DNA of 64,000 nucleotides from contig JAZQIM010000003.1 in assembly GCA_045541115.1 (NCBI GenBank), forward strand, positions 14,663 to 78,662, read 5' to 3'. Shown one piece after another: positions 1 through 9,521 of the stretch; positions within the stretch are counted from its first letter, which is position 1, and every line of letters starts with the position of its first letter. This DNA comes from Candidatus Aphodoplasma sp. (lineage in GTDB: Bacteria; Bacillota; Clostridia; UBA1381; UMGS1253). The position numbers were made by a program, and so were the translations under genes. The notes under the pieces were generated by a model. It was not told where the DNA came from. It did no database searches and saw only the letters and a list, made by a program, of their open reading frames with translations.

Positions 1-544
1 TATGTGTGGGGGATAGAAAGACGGATTTTTCTAAAGTGTCGCGCAAAGAATCAATCGTTTGATCAGGCGTAGCAAGCATCAAATCGAGATTGTAATTTTT
101 AAAGCCACGCTGCTTTATAAGAGATACTGCATCGATAATTTGTTTTGAATTATGAATTCTGCCAAGCGATAACAGCTCGTTATCTTGCATTGACTGTGCA
201 CCGAGACTTATTCTGTTTATGCCGCATGATTTGTATGATATAAGCTTATTTTTATCAATTGTGCCAGGGTTTAATTCGATTGTTATTTCGGCTGATGTCT
301 CAACTTTCATATAACGAGAAATTGTATCAAGCAGCTCATAGATGTACTTTTCGTCGACGCTACTCGGCGTACCACCGCCAATAAATATCGTATCGATTGA
401 ATCGCCTTCATAGAGGCTGATTTCTTTTTTTAGTGCATCGAAATATTTTTTGTGAACAGATACAGGCTCATTTGATGATGCAAAGTCACAGTATGCACAT
501 TTTTTTAAACAAAACGGTATATGGACATATAGACCATTGCGCAT
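1..544 (-). CDS. hemW: Radical SAM heme chaperone / coproporphyrinogen-III-oxidase-like protein HemW (N-terminal part; 3' end outside window)
   Basis: The ORF is open from the window edge to the ATG at 544, with GGAGG upstream. My translation starts MRNGLYVHIPFCLKKCAYCDF (radical-SAM CxxxCxxC), followed by IFIGGGTPS, NRISLGAQS and LGRIH blocks. It sits in the classic position directly downstream of lepA. Confidence 0.85.
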   Translation of the reverse strand, partial: MRNGLYVHIPFCLKKCAYCDFASSNEPVSVHKKYFDALKKEISLYEGDSIDTIFIGGGTPSSVDEKYIYELLDTISRYMKVETSAEITIELNPGTIDKNKLISYKSCGINRISLGAQSMQDNELLSLGRIHNSKQIIDAVSLIKQRGFKNYNLDLMLATPDQTIDSLRDTLEKSVFLSPTH

Positions 545-567
545 AAACGAGCCTCCTTAAATAATTA

Positions 568-2367
568 TCAGTCGTCAAGTTTTAAAACAGACATAAACGC
601 TTCTTGCGGAACTTCTACGCTGCCAACCTGGCGCATACGTTTTTTACCTTCTTTTTGCTTTTCTAAAAGCTTCTTCTTACGCGTAATGTCGCCGCCATAG
701 CACTTTGCAAGCACGTCTTTGCGCATAGCTTTAACTGTTTCTCTTGCAATAATTTTTCCGCCGATTGCTGCTTGAATCGGTATTTCAAAAAGCTGACGGG
801 GGATAGCTGTCTTTAATTTTTCAGCAATTCTGCGTCCACGCGCATACGATTTTTCGCGATGCACAATAAAGGAAAGCGCGTCTACAACTTCGCCATTTAA
901 GAGCATATCAAGCTTTACAAGGTCTGATTTTTCATATCCTACGAGCTCATAGTCAAAAGAAGCGTAGCCACGGGTACGTGACTTTAGCGCGTCAAAAAAG
1001 TCATATATTATTTCATTTAACGGCAATCTGTAGTTTAATGAAACTCTGTCGGCATCAATATATTTCATGTCGATATACGTTCCGCGTCTGTCCTGACAAA
1101 GCTCCATTATACTTCCTACATATTCTTTTGGAACCATTATATCTGCCGAAACTATTGGCTCTTCCATATATTCAATTTCAGCCGTAGGCGGTAGATTTGT
1201 CGGATTATCTATATTTAAAATTTCGCCGTTTGTTTTGATGACTTTGTAAACAACGCTTGGTGCAGTAGTTACAAGGTCAAGATTATATTCTCGTTCAAGT
1301 CGCTCTTGTATAATTTCCATATGCAAAAGTCCCAAAAATCCGCATCGAAAACCAAAGCCTAAAGCGACGGATGTTTCGGGCTCGAAAATCAGCGATGCAT
1401 CATTTAGCTGAAGCTTTAAAAGAGCGTCGTTTAAGTCATTGTATTTTGCGCCGTCAGCAGGATAAATTCCGCAAAAAACCATGGGCTGAACTTCGCGATA
1501 ACCTTTAAGGGGTTCGCTTGCCGGATTATCTGTAGTCGTTACAGTGTCGCCGACACGTGCATCCTTCATTGATTTTATGCTTGCGGCAATGTATCCAACC
1601 TCGCCTGCAGAAAGTTCATCGGCGCTCTGCATACCAACAGATTTTAAGTATCCAACGTCAACAACATCGTATTTTGCGCCTGTTGCCATCATTTGAATAG
1701 TCTGACCTGGCTTTATAGTACCTTCTTTAATGCGGACATATATGATAACACCGCGATAGCTGTCGTAGTAAGAGTCGAAAATGAGCGCACGAAGTGGCGC
1801 GTCTTTTTCACCTGTCGGGCAGGGGATATTCTTAACGATTGCTTCTAACACATCGCCAATATTTATATTATTTTTTGCTGAAACTAACGGAGCATCGCTT
1901 GCGTCAATTCCAATTACGTCCTCGATCTCTGCTTTCACAACGTCAGGACGCGCAGACGGAAGGTCAATCTTGTTAATTACAGGTACGATTTCAAGGTCAT
2001 GCTCGAGCGCCAGATAAGTATTAGCAAGCGTCTGCGCTTCAATGCCTTGCGAAGCATCAACGACAAGAATCGCACCTTCGCAAGCAGCAAGGCTACGCGA
2101 TACTTCATAGTTAAAGTCAACGTGACCTGGAGTATCGATAAGGTTTAAAATATATTCATTTGAGTCGCTCGCTTTATATTTAAGACGTACTGCGCGCGCT
2201 TTTATTGTAATACCGCGCTCACGCTCAAGCTCCATATTATCGAGAAGCTGGTCTTCCATGTCACGCTTTTCCACTTCGCCCGTATTTTCTAAAAGACGGT
2301 CAGCGAGAGTTGATTTTCCGTGGTCAATATGAGCTATAATTGAGAAGTTTCGAATAAATTTTTGCAT
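568..2367 (-). CDS. lepA: Translation elongation factor 4 (LepA)
   Basis: 599 aa with GTPase motifs [14 protein letters not shown] and NKID. The full-length LepA-type C-terminal region is present. An RBS precedes the ATG. Confidence 0.97.
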   Translation of the reverse strand: MQKFIRNFSIIAHIDHGKSTLADRLLENTGEVEKRDMEDQLLDNMELERERGITIKARAVRLKYKASDSNEYILNLIDTPGHVDFNYEVSRSLAACEGAILVVDASQGIEAQTLANTYLALEHDLEIVPVINKIDLPSARPDVVKAEIEDVIGIDASDAPLVSAKNNINIGDVLEAIVKNIPCPTGEKDAPLRALIFDSYYDSYRGVIIYVRIKEGTIKPGQTIQMMATGAKYDVVDVGYLKSVGMQSADELSAGEVGYIAASIKSMKDARVGDTVTTTDNPASEPLKGYREVQPMVFCGIYPADGAKYNDLNDALLKLQLNDASLIFEPETSVALGFGFRCGFLGLLHMEIIQERLEREYNLDLVTTAPSVVYKVIKTNGEILNIDNPTNLPPTAEIEYMEEPIVSADIMVPKEYVGSIMELCQDRRGTYIDMKYIDADRVSLNYRLPLNEIIYDFFDALKSRTRGYASFDYELVGYEKSDLVKLDMLLNGEVVDALSFIVHREKSYARGRRIAEKLKTAIPRQLFEIPIQAAIGGKIIARETVKAMRKDVLAKCYGGDITRKKKLLEKQKEGKKRMRQVGSVEVPQEAFMSVLKLDD

Positions 2368-2399
2368 TATATATCTCCTGTAAAATAATTTATAGGTAA

Positions 2400-2891
2400 T
2401 TATTCGGAAATTTTAACATTAACAATTTCTGATTCTGCCGCAACCCATTTTGTTGCGATATATTCTGTTGCGCCGAGCTGTATGTGCTTGCCGTTGCTTG
2501 TGTAGAGCGCTGTTTGTGTCTGCTTTCCGGCAGATTTAACAGTAACGTACACGTCGTATCTGTCGGTTGCAGATGTTTTTGCGATAGTGCCGTCAACGAG
2601 CGTATCAAATGATTCGTTAGGCTTCTTTACAACATCAACAATCTCACCTAAATAAGTCGCGTCAGAAAGACTTGAATACAAGCTGCCTTTCTTCATGAAA
2701 GCATCGGCACTTTTTTCTCTTATTCTTTCTACCTTAACTGTATATTCGATATTAACGGGCGTGGTTGTATTATCGCCTAAAAGTCCGGAAAAACGAATGA
2801 ATGCTGCGCCAATACAAAGAATTATTGCAAGTACAATTATAATATCGATAACGCTGATTTTTGAAAATAGCTTTCCGTTCTTATCAATCAT
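2400..2891 (-). CDS. Small single-pass membrane protein, DUF4330-like
   Basis: 163 aa. The N-terminus [25 protein letters not shown] (basic stretch then TM helix) matches my recollection of the DUF4330 signature, and the ectodomain looks beta-rich. Its start overlaps the upstream stop (TAATG at 2889-2893). Confidence 0.65.
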   Translation of the reverse strand: MIDKNGKLFSKISVIDIIIVLAIILCIGAAFIRFSGLLGDNTTTPVNIEYTVKVERIREKSADAFMKKGSLYSSLSDATYLGEIVDVVKKPNESFDTLVDGTIAKTSATDRYDVYVTVKSAGKQTQTALYTSNGKHIQLGATEYIATKWVAAESEIVNVKISE

Positions 2892-3382
2892 TATTTTATT
2901 TCCTCCCCATTTTCATCATATAAAGTCATATCGATTACTGTTCCGTCAAACGAGTAGCCTCTGCCTTCAAGCTCCATTTTTGTGCCTACCTTTACGGGCA
3001 TATTTCCAATAGAAATGTCCTTGTCACTTATCGATGCCGGCGCACTTGCATAAGCCCATATGTCATATTTTTCAGGAACTGATGATAGTTTATATTCTCC
3101 GCTTACCTGGTCAAGCGCAAGCTTTTTTGCAGGGGTGTAGACTATGTTTGTTATTTTAGCTTGTGATTTGCCTGAAAGCGTTACTGTATCGCCGATTTTA
3201 GCGACATCAAGGATATCAAGTGTTGTGGCCGAAACTTCTACGACAAATTCAAGGTTGTTTTGCGCAGCGCTCTGTGTAGCAGGGATAGAGAAGAGCATGT
3301 ATGCGATAAGCGCAAGAACAACTACAATCGCAAGTCCGATAAGTAAATCAAAAATATTAAACTTTTTCTTTTCACTTTTCAT
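2891..3382 (-). CDS. Small single-pass membrane protein, divergent DUF4330-like paralog
   Basis: 163 aa, the same length and architecture as the neighbour (KKFNIFDLLIGLAIVVVLALI TM helix, beta-rich ectodomain). A GGAGG RBS is embedded in the 3' end of the upstream GT4 gene. Confidence 0.6.
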   Translation of the reverse strand: MKSEKKKFNIFDLLIGLAIVVVLALIAYMLFSIPATQSAAQNNLEFVVEVSATTLDILDVAKIGDTVTLSGKSQAKITNIVYTPAKKLALDQVSGEYKLSSVPEKYDIWAYASAPASISDKDISIGNMPVKVGTKMELEGRGYSFDGTVIDMTLYDENGEEIK

Positions 3383-3385
3383 TTT

Positions 3386-4507
3386 TTATACCTCCGTTAA
3401 ACCTGAAATTTTTTTATAATAAGATTCGATATTTCGACTCATAATTTCCGCTTTGAATTTTTCGTTAAATATTTTTAGCGCGCCATCTTTAAGCTCGTCC
3501 ATCTTTTCTTGTGAGCTTAAAAGCTCAATTATTGCCTGGGAAATGGCTTCGGCATTTTTTTGCGGAACGATATAACCGTTTACACCGTCAGATATAACGC
3601 CCGGATTTCCGCCAAAATCGCTTACAACAGCAGGTACTCCAAGGCTCATTCCTTCGAGAAGTGAAAGGCTTGTTGCTTCGGTGCCGTATGACGCGTTTAT
3701 TTGTATGTCGCATATGTTCATAAGTGAGCATACATCGTCTATAAAGCCTGTAAAAATAACATTACCTTCAACACCAAGCTCGCGCGAAAGCTCCTTAAGA
3801 CTATCTGCAATATCGCCTGTTCCTGCGATTAAAAATTTAGCTTTAATTCCTTTGTCGAGAACGAGCTTTGCTGCCTTAATAAAATATTCATGTCCTTTTA
3901 CGGGATTAAGCCTTGCAACGATTGCAATGACTTTCTCGTCATCGTTGACATTAAAACGCTTACGCGTTATAGCTTTGTCTTCGTCGCTTATCGTTTTGAG
4001 AGGCTCAACGCCGTTTAATATAACCTCAATTTTATTTTCATCAACGCCCGTATCGAGCAGGTTTTGCTTTGCTGCCTGAGCAACGGCTATAATTCCGTCA
4101 GCATAGTAGTTATTTATAATTCCATTGATTTTTTTGCCGATACCTTGAGAAATTCGCTTAGATGGGGGAAAGACGCTGTGACGCGTATATATAACCTTGC
4201 AGCCGACACTTCTTGCTGCAATTCTTGCAGACATGCTCGCATGAGAATGGACAAGGTCAGGTTTTTCGCGTCTAAATATCTTTTTTAGCTGCGAAATAGC
4301 ATCAAAGTCAAGAGATTTATCGCTCATCGCATCTATCTCAAATATTTTAACTCCAAGCTCTTCTATATGTGGCTTTAATAGACTATTCTTCGGCAAAATC
4401 ACACTTACATCAAAATTATCTTTGTCGTAATGTGATAGGTATGTCAACAGACATTTTCCTGCGCCGCCAATATTTGTATCGCTTATAACATTTATTACTT
4501 TAATCAT
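3386..4507 (-). CDS. Glycosyltransferase family 4 (GT-B, retaining)
   Basis: The N-terminus is MIKVINVISDTNIGGAGK. An EX7E motif (EATSLSLLEGMS) is followed by GVPAVVSDFGGNPGVI. I prefer the ATG at 4507 (GGAGG upstream, ATGA overlap with the upstream stop) over the longer track ORF starting at 4543. Confidence 0.85.
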   Translation of the reverse strand: MIKVINVISDTNIGGAGKCLLTYLSHYDKDNFDVSVILPKNSLLKPHIEELGVKIFEIDAMSDKSLDFDAISQLKKIFRREKPDLVHSHASMSARIAARSVGCKVIYTRHSVFPPSKRISQGIGKKINGIINNYYADGIIAVAQAAKQNLLDTGVDENKIEVILNGVEPLKTISDEDKAITRKRFNVNDDEKVIAIVARLNPVKGHEYFIKAAKLVLDKGIKAKFLIAGTGDIADSLKELSRELGVEGNVIFTGFIDDVCSLMNICDIQINASYGTEATSLSLLEGMSLGVPAVVSDFGGNPGVISDGVNGYIVPQKNAEAISQAIIELLSSQEKMDELKDGALKIFNEKFKAEIMSRNIESYYKKISGLTEV

Positions 4508-6378
4508 TTTTTTGCCTCCTGACTTGTATTTATGACACTGCATAATGACGAACCAAAAGCAAAATACATCCAGAACATCATGAATACGCGGTAGTTATAA
4601 AACACATAATCGAATACACCTTGAACTAAAAAGCCTAATACCCCGGCACAAAGCGCGACAATCATTACTTTGTCTGCCGATTTTTTGCATAGTGTGTGAG
4701 CTTTTTGGCTCATACGCCTGAAAAAAGCAATAAATACAAACACCAAAGCACCTATACCAACAACGCCCGTTTCAACCATCTGCTGAAGATAGACGTTGTG
4801 TGCATGAGGAGCGATAATCATAGGATATGAATAACGCGGATATATAAGGTTGTAAGCCTGCGAGCCGGGGCCAACGCCCACGAGCCAGAAATCCTTTAAC
4901 ATCGAAATTGTTCCAAGCCAGATATATAGTCTGTATGAAGAAGATGTGTCGCCGAGATTTCCTATACTTAAAAAGCGGTTGAGTATGCTTGCGGGAAGAA
5001 TTGACGGTGCTAAGAGTAAAACGGGAATAGCCAAAAGCCAGTATCTTGCATCAACAAACGTTATGAATAATGCAGCGGCAATCAAAATTCCGATCCAGCA
5101 GCCTCTTGACATTGTCAAAACGAGGCACAAAAGAAGTACGCCGCAAACACCCATATAAAAAATCTTTGTCCACGCTTTTTTTGTATTCCACATAAACGCA
5201 ACGGCTACGGGAATTGTTAAAAGCAAATATTCTCCGAGTACATTTGGATTTTCAAGTGTCGAAAACGCGCGCATTTTTATGTCATTAAACATTTGCTCAT
5301 CAATCCATGCCTGTTTATCAGCATCAAGGCCAAAAATGTATTGTATTATGCCGTAGCCTGCAACTAAAAGTGCAGATATAATAAACACAGTGAGCAGTGA
5401 ATAAAGCTCTTGTTTTGTTTTGATTGTATTTGTAACAGTGAAATAAAAACTGATAAGTGCAATGTAGAGAAAACATATAGTTATACTGTTTTCGCGCGCA
5501 ACAGATGTAACTGAGCATATTGCGACAATAATAACAAACAATATCAGCGCAAAGCCCACAATATCAAGTTTCCACTCTTTTTCGCCGTGTACACTTTTCT
5601 GTAAAAATAAAGCAAAAAAGCAAAGTATTGCAAGAGCAGCGCATAACATTGTCGGCAAAAATGGAATTGCAAATACTGTGATTGCCACGCCGAGATTAAC
5701 ATTATATAAAACAACTAATACTCCAAGAAGACCGAGCGCAATGATGGGGGATACAGATGCAGCTATAAAACCGAGAATAATTCCGCAAATTGCTGCCACG
5801 ATAAGTCTGCCTTTTCTTGCAAGCTCATTTTCATCATAGTAATCAAAAGTCGGTTCTATCGATAAAAACAGTTTTAGAATATGTTTTATAATGCTTGATG
5901 ATAATGCGCGAAGAAGTGAGAAATCAAATATGCACATAACAATTGATGCGGCAAGAGCGGCAATCAATATAGTATTTGAAAAATCTCGCAGGGCAATCAT
6001 ATATACGATAAGACCGCATGATAAAAGCACACCCACAAATCTTGTGTTTACAGCAATCAAATTATTTACAAGGCAATACAGCGCTTTATAAAGGGTTGTG
6101 TTTTTAAATTTTGTAAAGGTGTTTTTAACCCAGTCGTTTGCAAAGAGTGATAAAAATGCAAATGGCAAATAGAAAAGCTTGTATATAAGGCTTTTTTTCT
6201 CTGCGTTATTTGAAGATGTAAAAGAGCGCACAAAAAGAGAGTTTGCCCATGTATGAGAAAACGTATCAAATATTTTATTTGTCGTGCGCGCAAAAGAGGA
6301 AGCATTATACCATGCGACAAGCACTTGAAGTTTTTGATTTAAAAAGGCAAGGATTCTACTTTCTGACAAATTATTCAC
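4504..6378 (-). CDS. O-antigen ligase/polymerase-type (Wzy_C-like) polytopic membrane protein
   Basis: 624 aa with many predicted TM helices. A loop with the LTMSRGCWIGIL motif is typical of the O-antigen ligase family. The start is GTG 6378, or TTG 6369 preceded by GAGGTG; it abuts or overlaps the murJ stop at 6371. Confidence 0.72.
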   Translation of the reverse strand: MNNLSESRILAFLNQKLQVLVAWYNASSFARTTNKIFDTFSHTWANSLFVRSFTSSNNAEKKSLIYKLFYLPFAFLSLFANDWVKNTFTKFKNTTLYKALYCLVNNLIAVNTRFVGVLLSCGLIVYMIALRDFSNTILIAALAASIVMCIFDFSLLRALSSSIIKHILKLFLSIEPTFDYYDENELARKGRLIVAAICGIILGFIAASVSPIIALGLLGVLVVLYNVNLGVAITVFAIPFLPTMLCAALAILCFFALFLQKSVHGEKEWKLDIVGFALILFVIIVAICSVTSVARENSITICFLYIALISFYFTVTNTIKTKQELYSLLTVFIISALLVAGYGIIQYIFGLDADKQAWIDEQMFNDIKMRAFSTLENPNVLGEYLLLTIPVAVAFMWNTKKAWTKIFYMGVCGVLLLCLVLTMSRGCWIGILIAAALFITFVDARYWLLAIPVLLLAPSILPASILNRFLSIGNLGDTSSSYRLYIWLGTISMLKDFWLVGVGPGSQAYNLIYPRYSYPMIIAPHAHNVYLQQMVETGVVGIGALVFVFIAFFRRMSQKAHTLCKKSADKVMIVALCAGVLGFLVQGVFDYVFYNYRVFMMFWMYFAFGSSLCSVINTSQEAKK

Positions 6379-7915
6379 CTCGTTTAATAAATGTATCTAT
6401 AAGAATTTTAACTTCACTCACTTTTAAAATAAAACATATGAAAATGTATATAATTGCACCTGCGGCGGCAGGAAGTGCAAGTGTAAGCACACGACCTATA
6501 AATCCGCCTAAAAACGCCTGGCTTGCCGTGTTTATCATAAACTGATAAACAACTATTACTATACACGACATAATAAGTACACTAAATATAATTTTTATAA
6601 TATCAAAGACATCGTTTTTAGCAAAAATTCCTTTGATACGTTTATTCATCATTATAAAGTTTAAAAGTGCATTTAATGTTGATGCAAGTGCGCTTGCAAG
6701 AGCAAGACCGCCTATGCCGAAGCTTTTTGATAAAATATAGCTGAAAAATACGTTTGCCAAAATGCTTATAAGCGCTGTTACCATTGGTGTTTTTGAATCC
6801 TGCATAGCAAAAAACGACTTATTTAAAACTTCTGCATACGAAAAACCGATCATACCCATAGAATAAAATGTAAGCGCTGTTGATGTGAGCATAGCAGAAT
6901 TTGAATTGAATTCGCCATACTGATATATAAGGCGAACAACAGGCAGGGAAAGAATTATAAATATCGCCATAATCGGAAGCATAACAAAGCTTACCGATTT
7001 TAATGCGCCATGCATAAGTGCATGCTGCTCATCTGAATTTTCGGATGCACTTGCCCGTGCAAGTGACGGAAAAACAAGGTTTGTCACAACAAAGGAAAAT
7101 ACGCCGACGACTATTATGTAAAGTCTGTTTGCATACTCGAGTGCGGACATTGTTCCTTCGCCAAGCGTCGATGCAAAACGCATATTAACGAGTGAGCCGA
7201 TAGGTTGTACCCATGTGCTGATAAGCATTGGGAGTGCAAGAAGGGCAGTTTTTTTGAGTCCTTCATCCGAAAAATGAAAATCGAGTCTGTATTTATAGCC
7301 GAATTTTATAAGCGACGGAATTTGTACCGCTGCTTGAAGCGCCCATCCGACGAGCATCGCAACTGCAAGTCCTGTGACACCAAATTTGTCTTTGAAAATG
7401 ATAAGATATAAAATCATCATGCCGTTTGATACAAGACTAATGATTGCAGGAATATTAAATTCGCCGAACGACTGAAGTATACCGACAAACGAAAATGCAA
7501 GTCCGGTAAATATAATCATCGGAAATAATATGTTCGACAGATGAATTGCGAGCTGCTTTGTGTCGCTTGAAAGTCCCGGCGTAATAATATCAATCAGCTG
7601 CGGCGCAAACACAATGCCGAGCGTACACATTATAGCTGTAATTATTAAGATGATATTTATAAATCTGTTAGCAAACTCAATCGCCCTTGCTTTAGTGCTT
7701 TTTTCGAGGTATTCATTAAAGACGGGGATAAATGCCGCCGAAATAACTCCTCCGATTACAACATCAAAGAATAAAAGCGGGATTTTTGTCGCGGCAAAAT
7801 ATGCATCTGCGCTGCTAAGGGTTCCAAACAGGGCGCCGATAAAAGAATCACGCAGCATTCCGCAAAGCTTTGCTGCGAGCGTTGCTATAATCATAAATCC
7901 AGCTGTTTTAATCAT
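6371..7915 (-). CDS. murJ: Lipid II flippase MurJ (MviN family)
   Basis: Polytopic MOP-superfamily protein. The N-terminus MIKTAGFMIIATLAAKLCGMLRDSFIGALFGTLSSADAYFAATKIP is MurJ-typical. The start is uncertain: ATG 7915 is preferred on homology, and the track ORF extends to 7969. Confidence 0.82.
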   Translation of the reverse strand: MIKTAGFMIIATLAAKLCGMLRDSFIGALFGTLSSADAYFAATKIPLLFFDVVIGGVISAAFIPVFNEYLEKSTKARAIEFANRFINIILIITAIMCTLGIVFAPQLIDIITPGLSSDTKQLAIHLSNILFPMIIFTGLAFSFVGILQSFGEFNIPAIISLVSNGMMILYLIIFKDKFGVTGLAVAMLVGWALQAAVQIPSLIKFGYKYRLDFHFSDEGLKKTALLALPMLISTWVQPIGSLVNMRFASTLGEGTMSALEYANRLYIIVVGVFSFVVTNLVFPSLARASASENSDEQHALMHGALKSVSFVMLPIMAIFIILSLPVVRLIYQYGEFNSNSAMLTSTALTFYSMGMIGFSYAEVLNKSFFAMQDSKTPMVTALISILANVFFSYILSKSFGIGGLALASALASTLNALLNFIMMNKRIKGIFAKNDVFDIIKIIFSVLIMSCIVIVVYQFMINTASQAFLGGFIGRVLTLALPAAAGAIIYIFICFILKVSEVKILIDTFIKRGE

Positions 7916-8002
7916 TTTTTTTGTGTTTTCCAAGAGATTAACACACCTTTTCAGTATATATTGACACAAAGCGTGCCGCGCATATAAAAGCTACCTTATA
8001 TT

Positions 8003-8057
8003 ATATAAAAACCGCATGCATTTGTCAATTAAAATATGACATATGCAGCGGTTTTTT
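8003..8057 (-). terminator. Rho-independent terminator downstream of radA (A/T-flanked, potentially bidirectional)
   Basis: The arms aaaaaccgcatgca (8007-8020) and tgcagcggttttt (8044-8056) pair with one bulge. The minus-strand RNA ends in a U-run. Confidence 0.6.
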
Positions 8058-8072
8058 GTGCCTGAAATATTA

Positions 8073-9440
8073 TTAGTCGCGAACTAGCGCAAGTGCTTGT
8101 GCGACGCTCTTTACATAGATTAATTCTACGCTTGTTTTATATCCTTGCAATGAGCTTTTACTGCTGTATGGAACCATACATTTTTTAAAGCCGAGTTTTT
8201 CGATTTCACTTATTCTCTGGGGGAGTCTGTTTACGGCGCGAATTTCACCTGTTAGACCGATTTCGCCGATAAAAACCATATCCTCAGGAAGAGTAAATGA
8301 ACGAAATCCTGATGCAATAGCCATCGCTACGCCTAAGTCAGCAGCAGGCTCGTCAATTTTTATGCCGCCAACAACATTTACATAGGCATCCTGATTTGAC
8401 AGATTCATTCCTACACGCTTTTCCAAAACGGCAATAAGCATTGCGATTCTGTTATAATCTATGCCGTTTGATGTGCGTCTTGGCATGCCGTAAACTGTCG
8501 TTGAAAGAAGAGCCTGTATTTCGGCGAGTAGTGGCCTTGTTCCTTCTAAGGCGCAAATAACGCTTGTGCCGGCAACTTCCGTCGGACGACCTTCAAGAAG
8601 AGCGATAGATGGGTTTAAAACTTCGCGAAGGCCAATGTCACACATTTCAAAAACGCCGATTTCATTTGTCGAACCAAAGCGGTTTTTCACGCCGCGCAAA
8701 ACTCTGTAATTTTGATGACGCTCGCCCTCAAAGTAAAGCACACAATCCACCATATGTTCAAGAACCTTCGGACCTGCGATACCGCCGTCTTTTGTAACAT
8801 GGCCTACTACGAAAATTGAAATGGCATTTTCTTTGGCTTTTCGCATCAGAGTCATTGTTACATCACGCACCTGAGACACACTTCCGGGAGCAGAATTTAC
8901 AGATGGGGAATACATCGTTTGTATAGAGTCAATTATAACTATTTTAGGTGAAATTTCGTCAATATTTTTTGTAATATGGTCTGTATTAACCTGCGAAACA
9001 ATATATAGAGAATCGTTTGTAATACCAAGGCGTTCGGCACGCATTTTAAGCTGATTAGCTGATTCTTCGCCGGAAACATACAGTATTTTTTCGTCTGTTT
9101 TAACTGTTTTGCAAAGCTGCAAAAGAAGAGTAGATTTACCAATGCCGGGGTCGCCGCCAACTAAAACAAGCGAGCCTGAAACGATGCCGCCGCCAAGTAC
9201 TCTGTCAAATTCGCTTATGCCGCTCGAAAATCTGATTTCATTTTCGGAGTTTATTTCATCGAGTTTTAAAGGAGATGACAGCGATGAATCTGCGGCAAGT
9301 TTATTTGTATTTGCCGGTTGTTTTGTCACAGCCTCTTCTTCAACAAGAGAATTCCATGCACCGCATGCAGGGCATTTTCCGTACCACTTTGTAGTTTCAT
9401 TTCCGCATTCACTGCAAAAAAACACGACTTTGTTTTTCAT
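8073..9440 (-). CDS. radA: DNA repair protein RadA/Sms
   Basis: 455 aa. It has an N-terminal zinc finger (CSECGNETTKWYGKCPACG), Walker A (GDPGIGKST), the RadA-specific KNRFG motif and a Lon-protease-like C-terminal domain. Confidence 0.95.
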   Translation of the reverse strand: MKNKVVFFCSECGNETTKWYGKCPACGAWNSLVEEEAVTKQPANTNKLAADSSLSSPLKLDEINSENEIRFSSGISEFDRVLGGGIVSGSLVLVGGDPGIGKSTLLLQLCKTVKTDEKILYVSGEESANQLKMRAERLGITNDSLYIVSQVNTDHITKNIDEISPKIVIIDSIQTMYSPSVNSAPGSVSQVRDVTMTLMRKAKENAISIFVVGHVTKDGGIAGPKVLEHMVDCVLYFEGERHQNYRVLRGVKNRFGSTNEIGVFEMCDIGLREVLNPSIALLEGRPTEVAGTSVICALEGTRPLLAEIQALLSTTVYGMPRRTSNGIDYNRIAMLIAVLEKRVGMNLSNQDAYVNVVGGIKIDEPAADLGVAMAIASGFRSFTLPEDMVFIGEIGLTGEIRAVNRLPQRISEIEKLGFKKCMVPYSSKSSLQGYKTSVELIYVKSVAQALALVRD

Positions 9441-9467
9441 ATGAATACTCCTTTTGTTTTTTGGAAT

Positions 9468-9508
9468 TTATAAAAAGTGCTTTCGGAAAATTGATCCGAA
9501 AGCACTTT
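9468..9508 (-). terminator. Rho-independent terminator downstream of the zinc-ribbon membrane protein gene
   Basis: A perfect 13-bp stem, aaagtgctttcgg (9474-9486) with ccgaaagcacttt (9496-9508), is followed on the minus strand by TTTTTAT. Confidence 0.75.
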
Positions 9509-9521
9509 AAAAAGTCAGGTA

